Shown: positions 20,087-29,150 of the stretch, in pieces
How the letters are laid out: each line of letters starts with the position of its first letter
Position numbering within the stretch: position 1 is the stretch's first letter
Assembly (NCBI GenBank): GCA_039815185.1
Contig: JBCBZT010000030.1
Coordinates: 1-64,000, forward strand
From: Cyanobacteria bacterium P01_A01_bin.123
GTDB lineage: Bacteria; Cyanobacteriota; Cyanobacteriia; Phormidesmidales; Phormidesmidaceae
Length of the DNA stretch: 64,000 nucleotides
Direction of reading: 5' to 3'
Made by a program: the position numbers and the translations under genes
Notes under the pieces: generated by a model
What the model was told of the DNA's origin: nothing
What the model saw: only the letters and a program-made list of their open reading frames with translations
The model's database searches: none

Positions 20087-20803
20087 CTAAACCTTTTCAG
20101 CTAGGGCATTGATATAGTTATTGATGCGGTGATCGTTGAGTCTACGACTAATAATCTTCCAGCTGAACCAAGGACCTAAGGAATAGTAAACCTCTGCATG
20201 CCTATAGCCTTGCCATACCCTTGGCACATGGGCCACAATGTCTCGACCATAGACGAAGCGGTAATTGAGTGGTACACGCTTATGGAAAGATGCAATTAAG
20301 GCGTCGTTACCCACCCGTGGAGAACCAAACGTATAGGACTCGATGAGTTGCTCATTATGTTGAGTAATGTTGTACTGCGTATCTAAAATGGCAATGGTGG
20401 CTAAGGCACCCCCCAGACTATGTCCTGTGAAGATTAGTTTGTATTGAGGAATTTTGCGAATGTAGTCTAGCAAAGGCTCGCGCACCGCAAAATAGGCATC
20501 CATGAATCCAAGATGAAACCGTACATCAGTGCTGTTTTCGTCCCCGTATGGATAAACCTTTTGGCGCATCCGAAGATTGGTTATCCAATCTATGTCTTTG
20601 TCACTACCGCGAAAGACAATATAGAGTAACTCTTGGGCCGTGTCGTGGAGCAGGGCCACTTGAGTGTCAACACCACTATTAGCTTCACTTTCAAACAGCG
20701 TCACCTTAGCCTTCGATAAGCTTGAAAACTGAATATCGGTAAACTCTTGATACACTTCTTGGCTCAAACGGGCACATCTAAGCGCTACTTGATAATCCAC
20801 CAT
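20087..20803 (-). CDS. Lipase class 3 family protein
   Basis: FRGS, HLGF, TGHSLGGALA, YTFGSPRVGN, DIVAHVP. Confidence 0.92.
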   Translation of the reverse strand: MVDYQVALRCARLSQEVYQEFTDIQFSSLSKAKVTLFESEANSGVDTQVALLHDTAQELLYIVFRGSDKDIDWITNLRMRQKVYPYGDENSTDVRFHLGFMDAYFAVREPLLDYIRKIPQYKLIFTGHSLGGALATIAILDTQYNITQHNEQLIESYTFGSPRVGNDALIASFHKRVPLNYRFVYGRDIVAHVPRVWQGYRHAEVYYSLGPWFSWKIISRRLNDHRINNYINALAEKV

Positions 20804-20934
20804 GACCCTAATCCCAATTTTATTTCAGCAGTCTTTGTCATCTAAAAACCAAGGAAAAACCTGGACTTTCCAAGGGTTAGTGCCTCAGATGATCGGTGAT
20901 TTTGTTCAACCTAGCAAGATTCGGACAGGAACTG

Positions 20935-22146
20935 TTAAAGACGGGTTTGGGCAGGCGGGGTAATCCCTCGACGGGTCAGATTTGCTTCCAACTCTCGCAG
21001 TAGGTCAAAGTCCGCTTCAGGCAGGACTGGGGTAACGGCATCAACAGTATCGATTGCCCCAAGGAAAGCAAAGGCTTGTCGAAGCCCGTGGGCATCTGCC
21101 GCTAAGGGAGCATCCAAGTGACAAGGAATAATCCGTTCAAACGGCCACTGTGCAACTCGTTCAACCCAAGCCAGGGTTGCTTGGGGAGCCCGGTTGAGGA
21201 TCAAGGTTTGCAACACGGGTGCAACCCACAGCCGTCCGGCGCTGTGGAGTCGTTGAAATGAGGTTTCCCAACCTGCTTTCCAGGCAAAGGGATACAGGCC
21301 AAAATAAGCTTGCCTAGAATGATCAGGGGCCTTCAGGGCGTGCTTTAGGGTTTTGCCTAAGGTCACCACATCCAACGCGCTAGGACGAAAGTAAACGGCG
21401 AATAGGGCAATGCGATGCCAGCCTTTGCGCCGCATTTGGGGGGTGTCTTCAGGCTGATCAAAAGCGGTGTCTTTAGCGTGAAATAGCAGCGGGTATGGAT
21501 CGAGTTCGAGGACTTCAGGGGGATCGTCAGGTACAGACACCAGGGTATCGGTGACCAATAACGAACCCGATCGCCGATGGTAAAACGCTGCCTCCCCAAA
21601 CGGCCCCAAGCCTAAATGAATCGGACCTAGTAAGGTATAGTCAAATTCATCGCCAAAGGGAGCTTCGGCACTGTCAGCCGGCAATATATGGGTACGCCCC
21701 CGGGGAAACCCCAACCAGCTTAGGGGGAGCTGCACCGGATAGCTCCACTGATTCGGAACCACGAACACCTCAGCCTGGGGAAATCGACGGGCAAATGGCC
21801 CCACAAATACCTTATGCTCTAGCCCAGTCACCGTAGGCAAAATAATGTATTTGACGTCGCCATGTTGGGCTACAAGGTCTTGCACCAGCCGGATACATTC
21901 AGGAGTCGGTGCCACCGGAGCATAGACCAGCAACCCACCAGATTCCAACTTCACCACAGTCATGCGGATGGGCACAACCACGTAAAAAATGCCTTGAATC
22001 TGGTCAAAGGTCCACAGCGTATTTTTCACCACCTCCCGTCGCAGGGTGCGGCGCTGCCCATAGGGATACAAGGGCAGCAAAGGCCAAAAAGGCCATGAAA
22101 AATCTCTGGATTTTTGTCCCGCTTTATGGGCTGTGACCTGATCCAC
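20935..22146 (-). CDS. DUF4336 domain protein (MBL-like)
   Basis: LPLYPYGQRRT, IRMTVVKL, GLEHK, IIPCH motifs. Confidence 0.85.
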   Translation of the reverse strand: MDQVTAHKAGQKSRDFSWPFWPLLPLYPYGQRRTLRREVVKNTLWTFDQIQGIFYVVVPIRMTVVKLESGGLLVYAPVAPTPECIRLVQDLVAQHGDVKYIILPTVTGLEHKVFVGPFARRFPQAEVFVVPNQWSYPVQLPLSWLGFPRGRTHILPADSAEAPFGDEFDYTLLGPIHLGLGPFGEAAFYHRRSGSLLVTDTLVSVPDDPPEVLELDPYPLLFHAKDTAFDQPEDTPQMRRKGWHRIALFAVYFRPSALDVVTLGKTLKHALKAPDHSRQAYFGLYPFAWKAGWETSFQRLHSAGRLWVAPVLQTLILNRAPQATLAWVERVAQWPFERIIPCHLDAPLAADAHGLRQAFAFLGAIDTVDAVTPVLPEADFDLLRELEANLTRRGITPPAQTRL

Positions 22147-22344
22147 CCGTTATGCTCCTGAAGAGGTATGCAGTTCGTCATTATCCCATTAAAAAGCCTT
22201 CCCACGAGGCTTAGGAAGGCAGTGTACTGAGCTTGTAGGCAAGCAAGCTATAGATTGCGGCAATGAGTTACCCCGCGACAAGCCCCATGGCCGCTTTAGC
22301 ATAGCAGTTTGGCAAGACTCAGCATCTCAAGCAATGAACCGAAG

Positions 22345-22779
22345 CTATATCTTGGCATCCAATACCTGGGTTAATCTTTCCAGGGTATCGTTGAGCTTTT
22401 CATCAGTAGAGGGTTCTGCTGCTTCGGCCGCTTCAACTTCTTCTTGACGCTTCGCCTTTTGAATCGATCGCACAATCAAAAACAGCACAAACGCAATAAT
22501 CACGAAATCAATAATTGTGCCGAAGAAAGACCCGATTTTAACCCCTGGGCCAACGACCGCCTCACGCCAATCAGTACCCGCTTGAGACAGCATGGGATTG
22601 ATCAAAGCAGGCATGAGAACATCTTCAACTAGAGAACTGATAATTTTGCCAAATGCACCACCAATAATTACAGCAATGGCCAAATCCACAACATTGCCTT
22701 TGAGGGCAAACTCACGAAAATCACGCATAAAGCCACCCGCCTGAGCACGGGCACGTCGACTGTTGCTAACCATAGTCAC
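22345..22779 (-). CDS. mscL: Large-conductance mechanosensitive channel
   Basis: FREFALKGNVVDLAIAVIIGGAFGKIISSLV; IGSF..IIDFVIIAF. Confidence 0.96.
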   Translation of the reverse strand: MTMVSNSRRARAQAGGFMRDFREFALKGNVVDLAIAVIIGGAFGKIISSLVEDVLMPALINPMLSQAGTDWREAVVGPGVKIGSFFGTIIDFVIIAFVLFLIVRSIQKAKRQEEVEAAEAAEPSTDEKLNDTLERLTQVLDAKI

Positions 22780-23093
22780 TCCTTATAGGTAGTCTGGGAG
22801 CTTTTGAGACCCTAAGCAGAGTTATCTAAGCACCACAAATTTCAAGAATCATCAGGAGATTATCAAAATAAGTTTTGGGCAACAACCTTGAGATGACCGA
22901 ATCCCCATGATTCATCAACAAAATGGACAATTCTTGGCCCTAACGCCTCCTCTAAATCGACAATCTCCAACCCCACACCGCTTGTTTAAGGTCAGATACC
23001 CACAATAGGCAAAGCTTTATAACGCTTCAATGCAGACTGTAAACCCCTGCCGAATGCGATCGCGACCTTTTCTGACCATCTCATACCTTCCCA

Positions 23094-23146
23094 ATAGACG
23101 TGGAACGCTAGGCTAATCCGTTATTAACCTAGCGTTCCACGTCTAT
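23094..23146. repeat. 19-bp perfect inverted repeat ATAGACGTGGAACGCTAGG / CCTAGCGTTCCACGTCTAT
   Basis: Read directly from the sequence. Confidence 0.9.
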
Positions 23147-23337
23147 GACGTCGGGTCTCATTCACCCGTTAGAGATTTTCTAGTGGCCAGAGAAAAAGAG
23201 TCATTGCTTAAATTGGATCACGCTTTTTGACCGCAAGATATTACAGGATCTTGCGAACCATGTCGCTATTATTTTTGAGTGGATTGCCATTTCTATACTG
23301 AAGTTGACCAATATGGGGTTAACCCAGAGGTGATGAC

Positions 23338-23538
23338 ATGAGCCACATTTACGAAGCATTCGTCGATATCAAAGAATGCAATGGCCTCTCTTGCTTGACT
23401 TCTCGTATGTTTACAGAGAGATATGAAGTGAATGCTGAAAGTCGGATCTCGGCTGGACAAGCCGCCCTCAATCAAGCTGAACACAAACACCCGGCTGCCG
23501 CAGAATATGATGTGAGGACAACCCGCATCCTCCATTAA
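23338..23538 (+). CDS. Small hypothetical protein (66 aa)
   Basis: GAGGTG RBS upstream; protein-like composition; hairpin downstream. Confidence 0.6.
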   Translation: MSHIYEAFVDIKECNGLSCLTSRMFTERYEVNAESRISAGQAALNQAEHKHPAAAEYDVRTTRILH

Positions 23539-23592
23539 GGAAGCGCTTCTATTTAAACCTTATACCGCATCCAGCTCCGTAGCTTTTGTTTT

Positions 23593-23619
23593 GTAAGGGC
23601 GCGAGGTCTGCGCCCTTAC
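23593..23619. repeat. REP-like palindrome GTAAGGGCGC-GAGGTCT-GCGCCCTTAC
   Basis: 10-bp perfect stem with GTA..TAC ends. Confidence 0.65.
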
Positions 23620-23749
23620 TCACTCAAGTGTTGAAATTGAACGTGATTTACGCCTAGTTTGCGGCTCATAATCTAGGTTTTTGATTGAATCGTAGGATTG
23701 TTAGGCGCGATCGCAGTGAAGAGCTTAAACAAACGCTATTAATTTTGAA

Positions 23750-23808
23750 TAAAGCGCGATCGCGCTCTAGATTTCCACATCAGGAATCTAGAGCGCGATC
23801 GCGCTTTA
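23750..23808. terminator. 24-bp inverted repeat with an extended HIP1 in each arm; likely terminator of cyAbrB
   Basis: TAAAGCGCGATCGCGCTCTAGATT / AATCTAGAGCGCGATCGCGCTTTA, 45 nt past the cyAbrB stop. Confidence 0.7.
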
Positions 23809-23853
23809 CATTGTGCTTGAAGTGGGCCACAGAATTACCTACGGTCGAAGCCC

Positions 23854-24249
23854 TTAGTCTTCGTCGTCTTCAGCAACCTGGTCACCATCTAACTGAATCA
23901 GATGAATGTGCTTATAGCCCAACTTAATTTCAAACTCGTCACCGGATTTTAGCCCCATTTCTTGAGTGTAAGTTGAACCAATCACAATCTGGCCATTCTT
24001 ATGCACACTGACTCGATAGGTCGGTTCCCGGCCCCGGCCATCTTTAGCACTTTCTGGATTCAGGGTAATTCCCCGAGCTGCCAGTAGGGCATCATAAAAG
24101 TCTGTGAGGTTAACCCGCACCTGACCCTCTTTAGTCAAGCTGTAATACCCACATTCTTTTGCAGTTTCTTTTTTTGAGAGGTGGGAAAGCTCTTTAACTT
24201 TTTGCAAGAGTGCCTTCCCGTTTAAGGGTGCAACCTTTGTATCAGCCAT
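23854..24249 (-). CDS. cyAbrB1: Cyanobacterial AbrB-like regulator (cyAbrB1/CalA type)
   Basis: CGYY..RVNLTDFYDALLAARG, DGRGREPTYRVSVH.NGQIVIG, GDEFEIKLGYKHIHL. Confidence 0.9.
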   Translation of the reverse strand: MADTKVAPLNGKALLQKVKELSHLSKKETAKECGYYSLTKEGQVRVNLTDFYDALLAARGITLNPESAKDGRGREPTYRVSVHKNGQIVIGSTYTQEMGLKSGDEFEIKLGYKHIHLIQLDGDQVAEDDED

Positions 24250-25072
24250 CGATTGGAAATTCCTTCACACTAAACGCTCGGGTGGAAAAAATACAGCCTG
24301 ATCAATAAATCTGGTCAATAGGGTATACCAAGAAGAATACCGCCTGATGATTCACGCCAAGCCCAGATCTTGAAATACCGTGAGTGGGTCTGAATCACGG
24401 CAAAAATGTATAAACAGGCTTCCGAATAAAGACGAGCTGTTCATTACTTAAAGATGATATCAACCTTTAGAGAAATAGTGACATTTAATTTCCCAAAAGG
24501 CAGTTATTTTTGCAGAATTGGCTCAGATCATAAGCTGAAACGACTGGTTTGAGGCAAGCTTAATTGATATCGTGGCTCATTTTTCCTGAGTCACGATATC
24601 AATAAGCATTCAACAAAACCCCCCAACATTTTGTGCCGTAACAGCTTACGCTCTCTATAATCTCAATACCCTAAACAAACTGGCGCAGCCAAGGTATCGA
24701 CTTTAAGTAAACTGGAAACAGCGATCGCTGGTGGTCAGTTGGCAGCCTAAACCTATGCCTCAAAAGCTTTTGACAAAGTCGTCGATTTATCGCACTGTAA
24801 ACTATAGGTTTGGCTCTATTGCTCGATGCACTGAGCATCATTGAACCACTGGGGCACAACAGTAATAGAGCTTGACAACCTCACAAAGCATTGGGGTAGT
24901 TGCGACAAAGGATTAACTTAGACTCCATTGCCCAAGACACTGAGGATTGCTAAAGCACACTATAAGGATTGCCAAAGCACACTATAAAAGAAGCAATAAG
25001 GCTAAACCACACAGAATACTATGGTAGTTGTCATAAGACTAAACCAGCACACAAAAAGGATTTCTAAGCATT

Positions 25073-25273
25073 ATGGGGTCTAACGCTTTACCCGAAACCT
25101 CTGAAAACAAAAGCAGCCCAGCTGAGGTTCCGAATCGACCAGAACCTCAATTTGGCTGGACTGCCTATGCCGAACAAATTAACGGTCGCTTTGCAATGGT
25201 TGGCTTTTTAGGGCTGCTGCTGTTAGAACTGTTTACCCATCAAGATTTCTTTACCTGGATTGGGTTATTCTAA
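25073..25273 (+). CDS. hli: High-light inducible protein (HLIP/CAB-ELIP family)
   Basis: FGWTAYAEQINGRFAMVGF chlorophyll-binding motif. Confidence 0.92.
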   Translation: MGSNALPETSENKSSPAEVPNRPEPQFGWTAYAEQINGRFAMVGFLGLLLLELFTHQDFFTWIGLF

Positions 25274-25346
25274 ACCAGGTTCAGCTTAGAGTGCGGCGTT
25301 TTTCCATAACCGAAACTCTAGTTCTGGCAATGAAAATGGTTTAACG

Positions 25347-26810
25347 CTAACGCACTGTCAGCAAATAGCGTCCCTGGCCACTGGCATCATAGGAATTGGC
25401 AATGATACGGTAGGCGCCGCTTTGGGGTAGCGTAATGGTGATTTGAGAATTGAGATTGCTGCCAGCGACAATATCATCGTTATCCGCAATTGGCTGACCT
25501 GAGGGATCGAGCAACACCAAAAAAGTGTCAAAATCGGGGCTTTCCATAGTCACGGTTACCTGCTGCCCCGCTTCCCCCTGGAAAGTATAAGTATCAAATA
25601 GGCTGTCATCTCCAAGTCTGTCGTCTCCCTCAGCAAGGGTACCCTGTTCTTGCAAAAGGTAGGTGTCGCTGGGGTTAGTCGCAGTGGAGCTAGTATTATT
25701 ACCCGCTTCGGTAACCCGCAGTTGATAATTCCCCGTTTCGCCAGCTTGATAAGAGTTCGCTAACACTAAATAGGTGCCGTTGTCTGGCAGTTGAATTGTG
25801 ACGCGGGCATTGCCATTACCGCCACTATCGTTATCTTGCTCAATACTCCGCCCGACGGGACTCAATAAAATCAAGTAGGGGTTAAATTCACTACTCACCA
25901 TATCAATAGTGATACTTTGACCGGCCTGTCCCTCAAAGCTATAGACATTAAAGTAACTGCTATCAACCGGTAACACACTGCTGCTATCATCTAGCTGCCC
26001 TGGAACAAAGGACTCACCCACTTCAATCGGTTGGGCATTGCTAAAGTCTGGACCACTGGCAATCGTTGATGATTGGGCAGCGTTGCCTTGCTCAACAGCA
26101 GTTAAAAAGTTAAGTACCTCGCTGCTAGTAATGGCAAAGCCAATGCCGATGCTACCGCCATTATCTCCGGTGGTAAAGATAGACGTATTCACCCCTATCA
26201 ACTCCCCGGAACTGCTCAGCAAGGGGCCACCAGAGTTACCCGGATTGATGGCGGCGTCAGTTTGAATCAGGCCCCGCTCACCATCAAGACGACTCACAAT
26301 ACCCACGGTGAAAGTTCCTTGTAGACCAAAGGGGCTACCAATGGCAAAGGCCCGCTGACCCACCTGAACCGAACCTGCTGCGGCAATGGGAATAGTGGGA
26401 AAAGTAGTGCCTTGGCCACGCAACTGAACTGCGGCTAAATCTCGACCGTCACTACCGTAGCCAATCACATCACCTTCAAACTCCCGCCCATCAGCTAAAC
26501 GTACAGTGACGACTGTTGCCCCTTCTACCACGTGGGCATTTGTCAAGACTAAGCCTGAGGTGGTTACAATACTACCGCTGCCAGCCCCATCGCCAGCATC
26601 AATGGCCACGACAGCTGGACTGGCCTGCTCGTAGACATTAATGCTAATGGTTTCGTCGGCATCTTGGGCTAGCGCTTGGCTGGGTTGCCCCATGTGCCAG
26701 CGGTGGGGTTGCAGCAAATCAACCGGGGCGATCGCGTTTAGAGTATGAATTCCAATGGCTGTGCCCAAAGCCAACAGGGTGGTGCGGGGGGAGAAAATCT
26801 GACGGCGCAT
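25347..26810 (-). CDS. Trypsin-like serine protease with two C-terminal PPC domains, predicted secreted
   Basis: LTNAHVV, DLA, IQTDAAINPGNSGGPL; two Y.F.G.AGQ...D(N)DD repeats; likely start MRRQIF at 26810. Confidence 0.9.
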   Translation of the reverse strand: MRRQIFSPRTTLLALGTAIGIHTLNAIAPVDLLQPHRWHMGQPSQALAQDADETISINVYEQASPAVVAIDAGDGAGSGSIVTTSGLVLTNAHVVEGATVVTVRLADGREFEGDVIGYGSDGRDLAAVQLRGQGTTFPTIPIAAAGSVQVGQRAFAIGSPFGLQGTFTVGIVSRLDGERGLIQTDAAINPGNSGGPLLSSSGELIGVNTSIFTTGDNGGSIGIGFAITSSEVLNFLTAVEQGNAAQSSTIASGPDFSNAQPIEVGESFVPGQLDDSSSVLPVDSSYFNVYSFEGQAGQSITIDMVSSEFNPYLILLSPVGRSIEQDNDSGGNGNARVTIQLPDNGTYLVLANSYQAGETGNYQLRVTEAGNNTSSTATNPSDTYLLQEQGTLAEGDDRLGDDSLFDTYTFQGEAGQQVTVTMESPDFDTFLVLLDPSGQPIADNDDIVAGSNLNSQITITLPQSGAYRIIANSYDASGQGRYLLTVR

Positions 26811-27143
26811 AGAACAATACTGAAAAGGAACGATGACTTCTTTCTTAAACATACCCGTTGGAATCAGTGGATTCCGGTCATCCAAAACTTCTTAATGGAA
26901 ACAATAGAAAAACTAGACACGATAGGCAGCAAAGCGCTCTAGCTATAGCTTTAACCCCATGGCTTAAGACTACGTGAGTTGGGGATAAGAAAAGGACACC
27001 CAGACAGGCAGAAAGCAATCAACCCCTATCAACTCAGTCCTGTATTCTGGTCATTGGAATGCATAAAATTCCCCCGGGGAGTCTGAGTGGCTTGGTAGCA
27101 ACCTCCGGGGGAATAGCGGTATTCAAAACAGGTGGGCTAAGGT

Positions 27144-28730
27144 CTATTGTCGAATAGACGGGGCCGATAAAGGCTCTAAGACTGCGATCGCAGCACTCGG
27201 CGGGCGATCGGTAAACTGAAAGGCGCGATCGCGCAGACTAGCGGTCACTTCCAGCGTGGTAGCGTCATAAACCTGGGTCAACAGCTTGGGATAAAACCCA
27301 AAACCAATAATCGGCACCAGCAGACACGCAATGATAAACACCTCACGGGGTTCAGCATCAATCAGCACCTCATGCTCCGTCAACTCTTGGTTTTCAGGGC
27401 CGTAGAAAATTTCCCGCAGCATCGAGAGCAAATAAATCGGCGTTAACACCACGCCCACAGCCATCAAAATCACTACGATTAGCTTAAAGGTTGGATCATA
27501 GGCATCACTGGTTGCGAAGCCCACAAACACCATCAACTCAGCCACAAATCCGCTCATCCCCGGTAGTGCTAAAGACGCCATAGAGCAGGTGGTAAACATG
27601 GCAAAGATCTTTGGCATCTTTTTACCAACACCCCCCATCTCACTCAAAATTAGCGTGTGCGTCCGGTCGTAAGTTGCCCCTACCAAGAAGAACAAACTCG
27701 CCCCAATTAATCCGTGGGAGACCATTTGCAGCACTGCGCCGCTCAAGCCCAAATTGGTGAATGAAGCGATGCCAATAACCACAAATCCCATATGGGAAAT
27801 AGACGAATAGGCAATCTTGCGCTTCAGGTTACGTTGAGCAAAGGAAGTCAGCGCCGCATAAATAATGTTGACAATGCCAAAGATAATTAGCACTGGCGCA
27901 AAGTACGCATGGGCATCGGGCAGCATTTGCAAATTCATCCGAATAATTGCGTAGCCGCCCATTTTGAGCAAGATGCCCGCTAGCAACATGTGGACTGGAG
28001 CTGTGGCTTCTCCATGAGCATCCGGTAGCCAAGTGTGCAGCGGAATGATCGGCAGTTTTACCGCGTAGGCAATTAAGAATGCCCCATACAGCAAGAACTG
28101 CATTTTCATCGGATAATCCTTGGCCATCAGCGCTGACATATCAAAGGTGACGGTATCGCCATAAAAGGCCATAGCCAGGGCCGCTACCAAGATAAACAGA
28201 GAGCCTCCAGCCGTGTAGAGGATAAACTTGGTAGCCGCATAAAGTCGCCGTTTCCCCCCCCAAATCGACAGCAGCATGTACACCGGGATCAGCTCCAGTT
28301 CCCACATGAAGAAGAACAGCAGCATGTCCTGAACAGCAAACACTCCCAACTGGCCGCTGTACATTGCCAGCATCAAGAAGTAAAACAGCTTCGGCTTAAG
28401 CGTAACCGGCCAAGACGCCAAAATCGCCAGGGTGGTAATAAACCCCGTCAGCAGCACTAGGGACATGGAGAGACCATCTACCCCGACCGACCACTTTAGA
28501 TCAAGGGCAGATACCCAGGTGTAGCTTTCGACCAGTTGTAAACCGGGGGTGCCAATGTCGTAGCTCGTATAGAAGGCTGTCACGATAATGGCGAAGTCGA
28601 TTAACCCCACAATTAGGGCATACCAACGAATGATTTTGCCGTCTTTATCCGGCAAAAACGGAATCGCCAGGGCGGCAATAAAAGGTAAGAAAATGGCAGT
28701 TGATAGCCAAGGAAAAGTGGCAAAATCCAT
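27144..28730 (-). CDS. ndhD: NAD(P)H-quinone oxidoreductase subunit 4 (NdhD1 type)
   Basis: [31 protein letters not shown]; downstream of ndhF1. Confidence 0.96.
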   Translation of the reverse strand: MDFATFPWLSTAIFLPFIAALAIPFLPDKDGKIIRWYALIVGLIDFAIIVTAFYTSYDIGTPGLQLVESYTWVSALDLKWSVGVDGLSMSLVLLTGFITTLAILASWPVTLKPKLFYFLMLAMYSGQLGVFAVQDMLLFFFMWELELIPVYMLLSIWGGKRRLYAATKFILYTAGGSLFILVAALAMAFYGDTVTFDMSALMAKDYPMKMQFLLYGAFLIAYAVKLPIIPLHTWLPDAHGEATAPVHMLLAGILLKMGGYAIIRMNLQMLPDAHAYFAPVLIIFGIVNIIYAALTSFAQRNLKRKIAYSSISHMGFVVIGIASFTNLGLSGAVLQMVSHGLIGASLFFLVGATYDRTHTLILSEMGGVGKKMPKIFAMFTTCSMASLALPGMSGFVAELMVFVGFATSDAYDPTFKLIVVILMAVGVVLTPIYLLSMLREIFYGPENQELTEHEVLIDAEPREVFIIACLLVPIIGFGFYPKLLTQVYDATTLEVTASLRDRAFQFTDRPPSAAIAVLEPLSAPSIRQ

Positions 28731-29150
28731 AAGGATGCTTTGAAAGCAATAGGGTATAGATTTGAAGTTGAGCGTTAGCGAGGCGTTCAGAGTTCAGACA
28801 TAGCTCAAGCGAAATGCCCAATGAGAACCGACAAAGGCAGGCAAGTCGAAAGTCTCAAATATAAAACTTGTCGCTACAAGGCTCAATCAACATCGACTTA
28901 AGACGCAAAAGCCTGTTTGCTATCGAACCATAAAAGTCGGAATAGGAATCTTGAAACATTAGAAAAATCTAGAAACCAACTAGAGCTCGTAGGTAGCATT
29001 GCCTGATCGATCGCGCCCATGATCTCGCTGACCCCTGATGGTTGAATTTTTGACCGACCAGTTCAAAGCGGCTACCCACCAGGTCAATCAACATAGAGTG
29101 GAACGCGCCCCAATATTCAAGGCACGCCCCACTTTGATACTCTATTCAGA

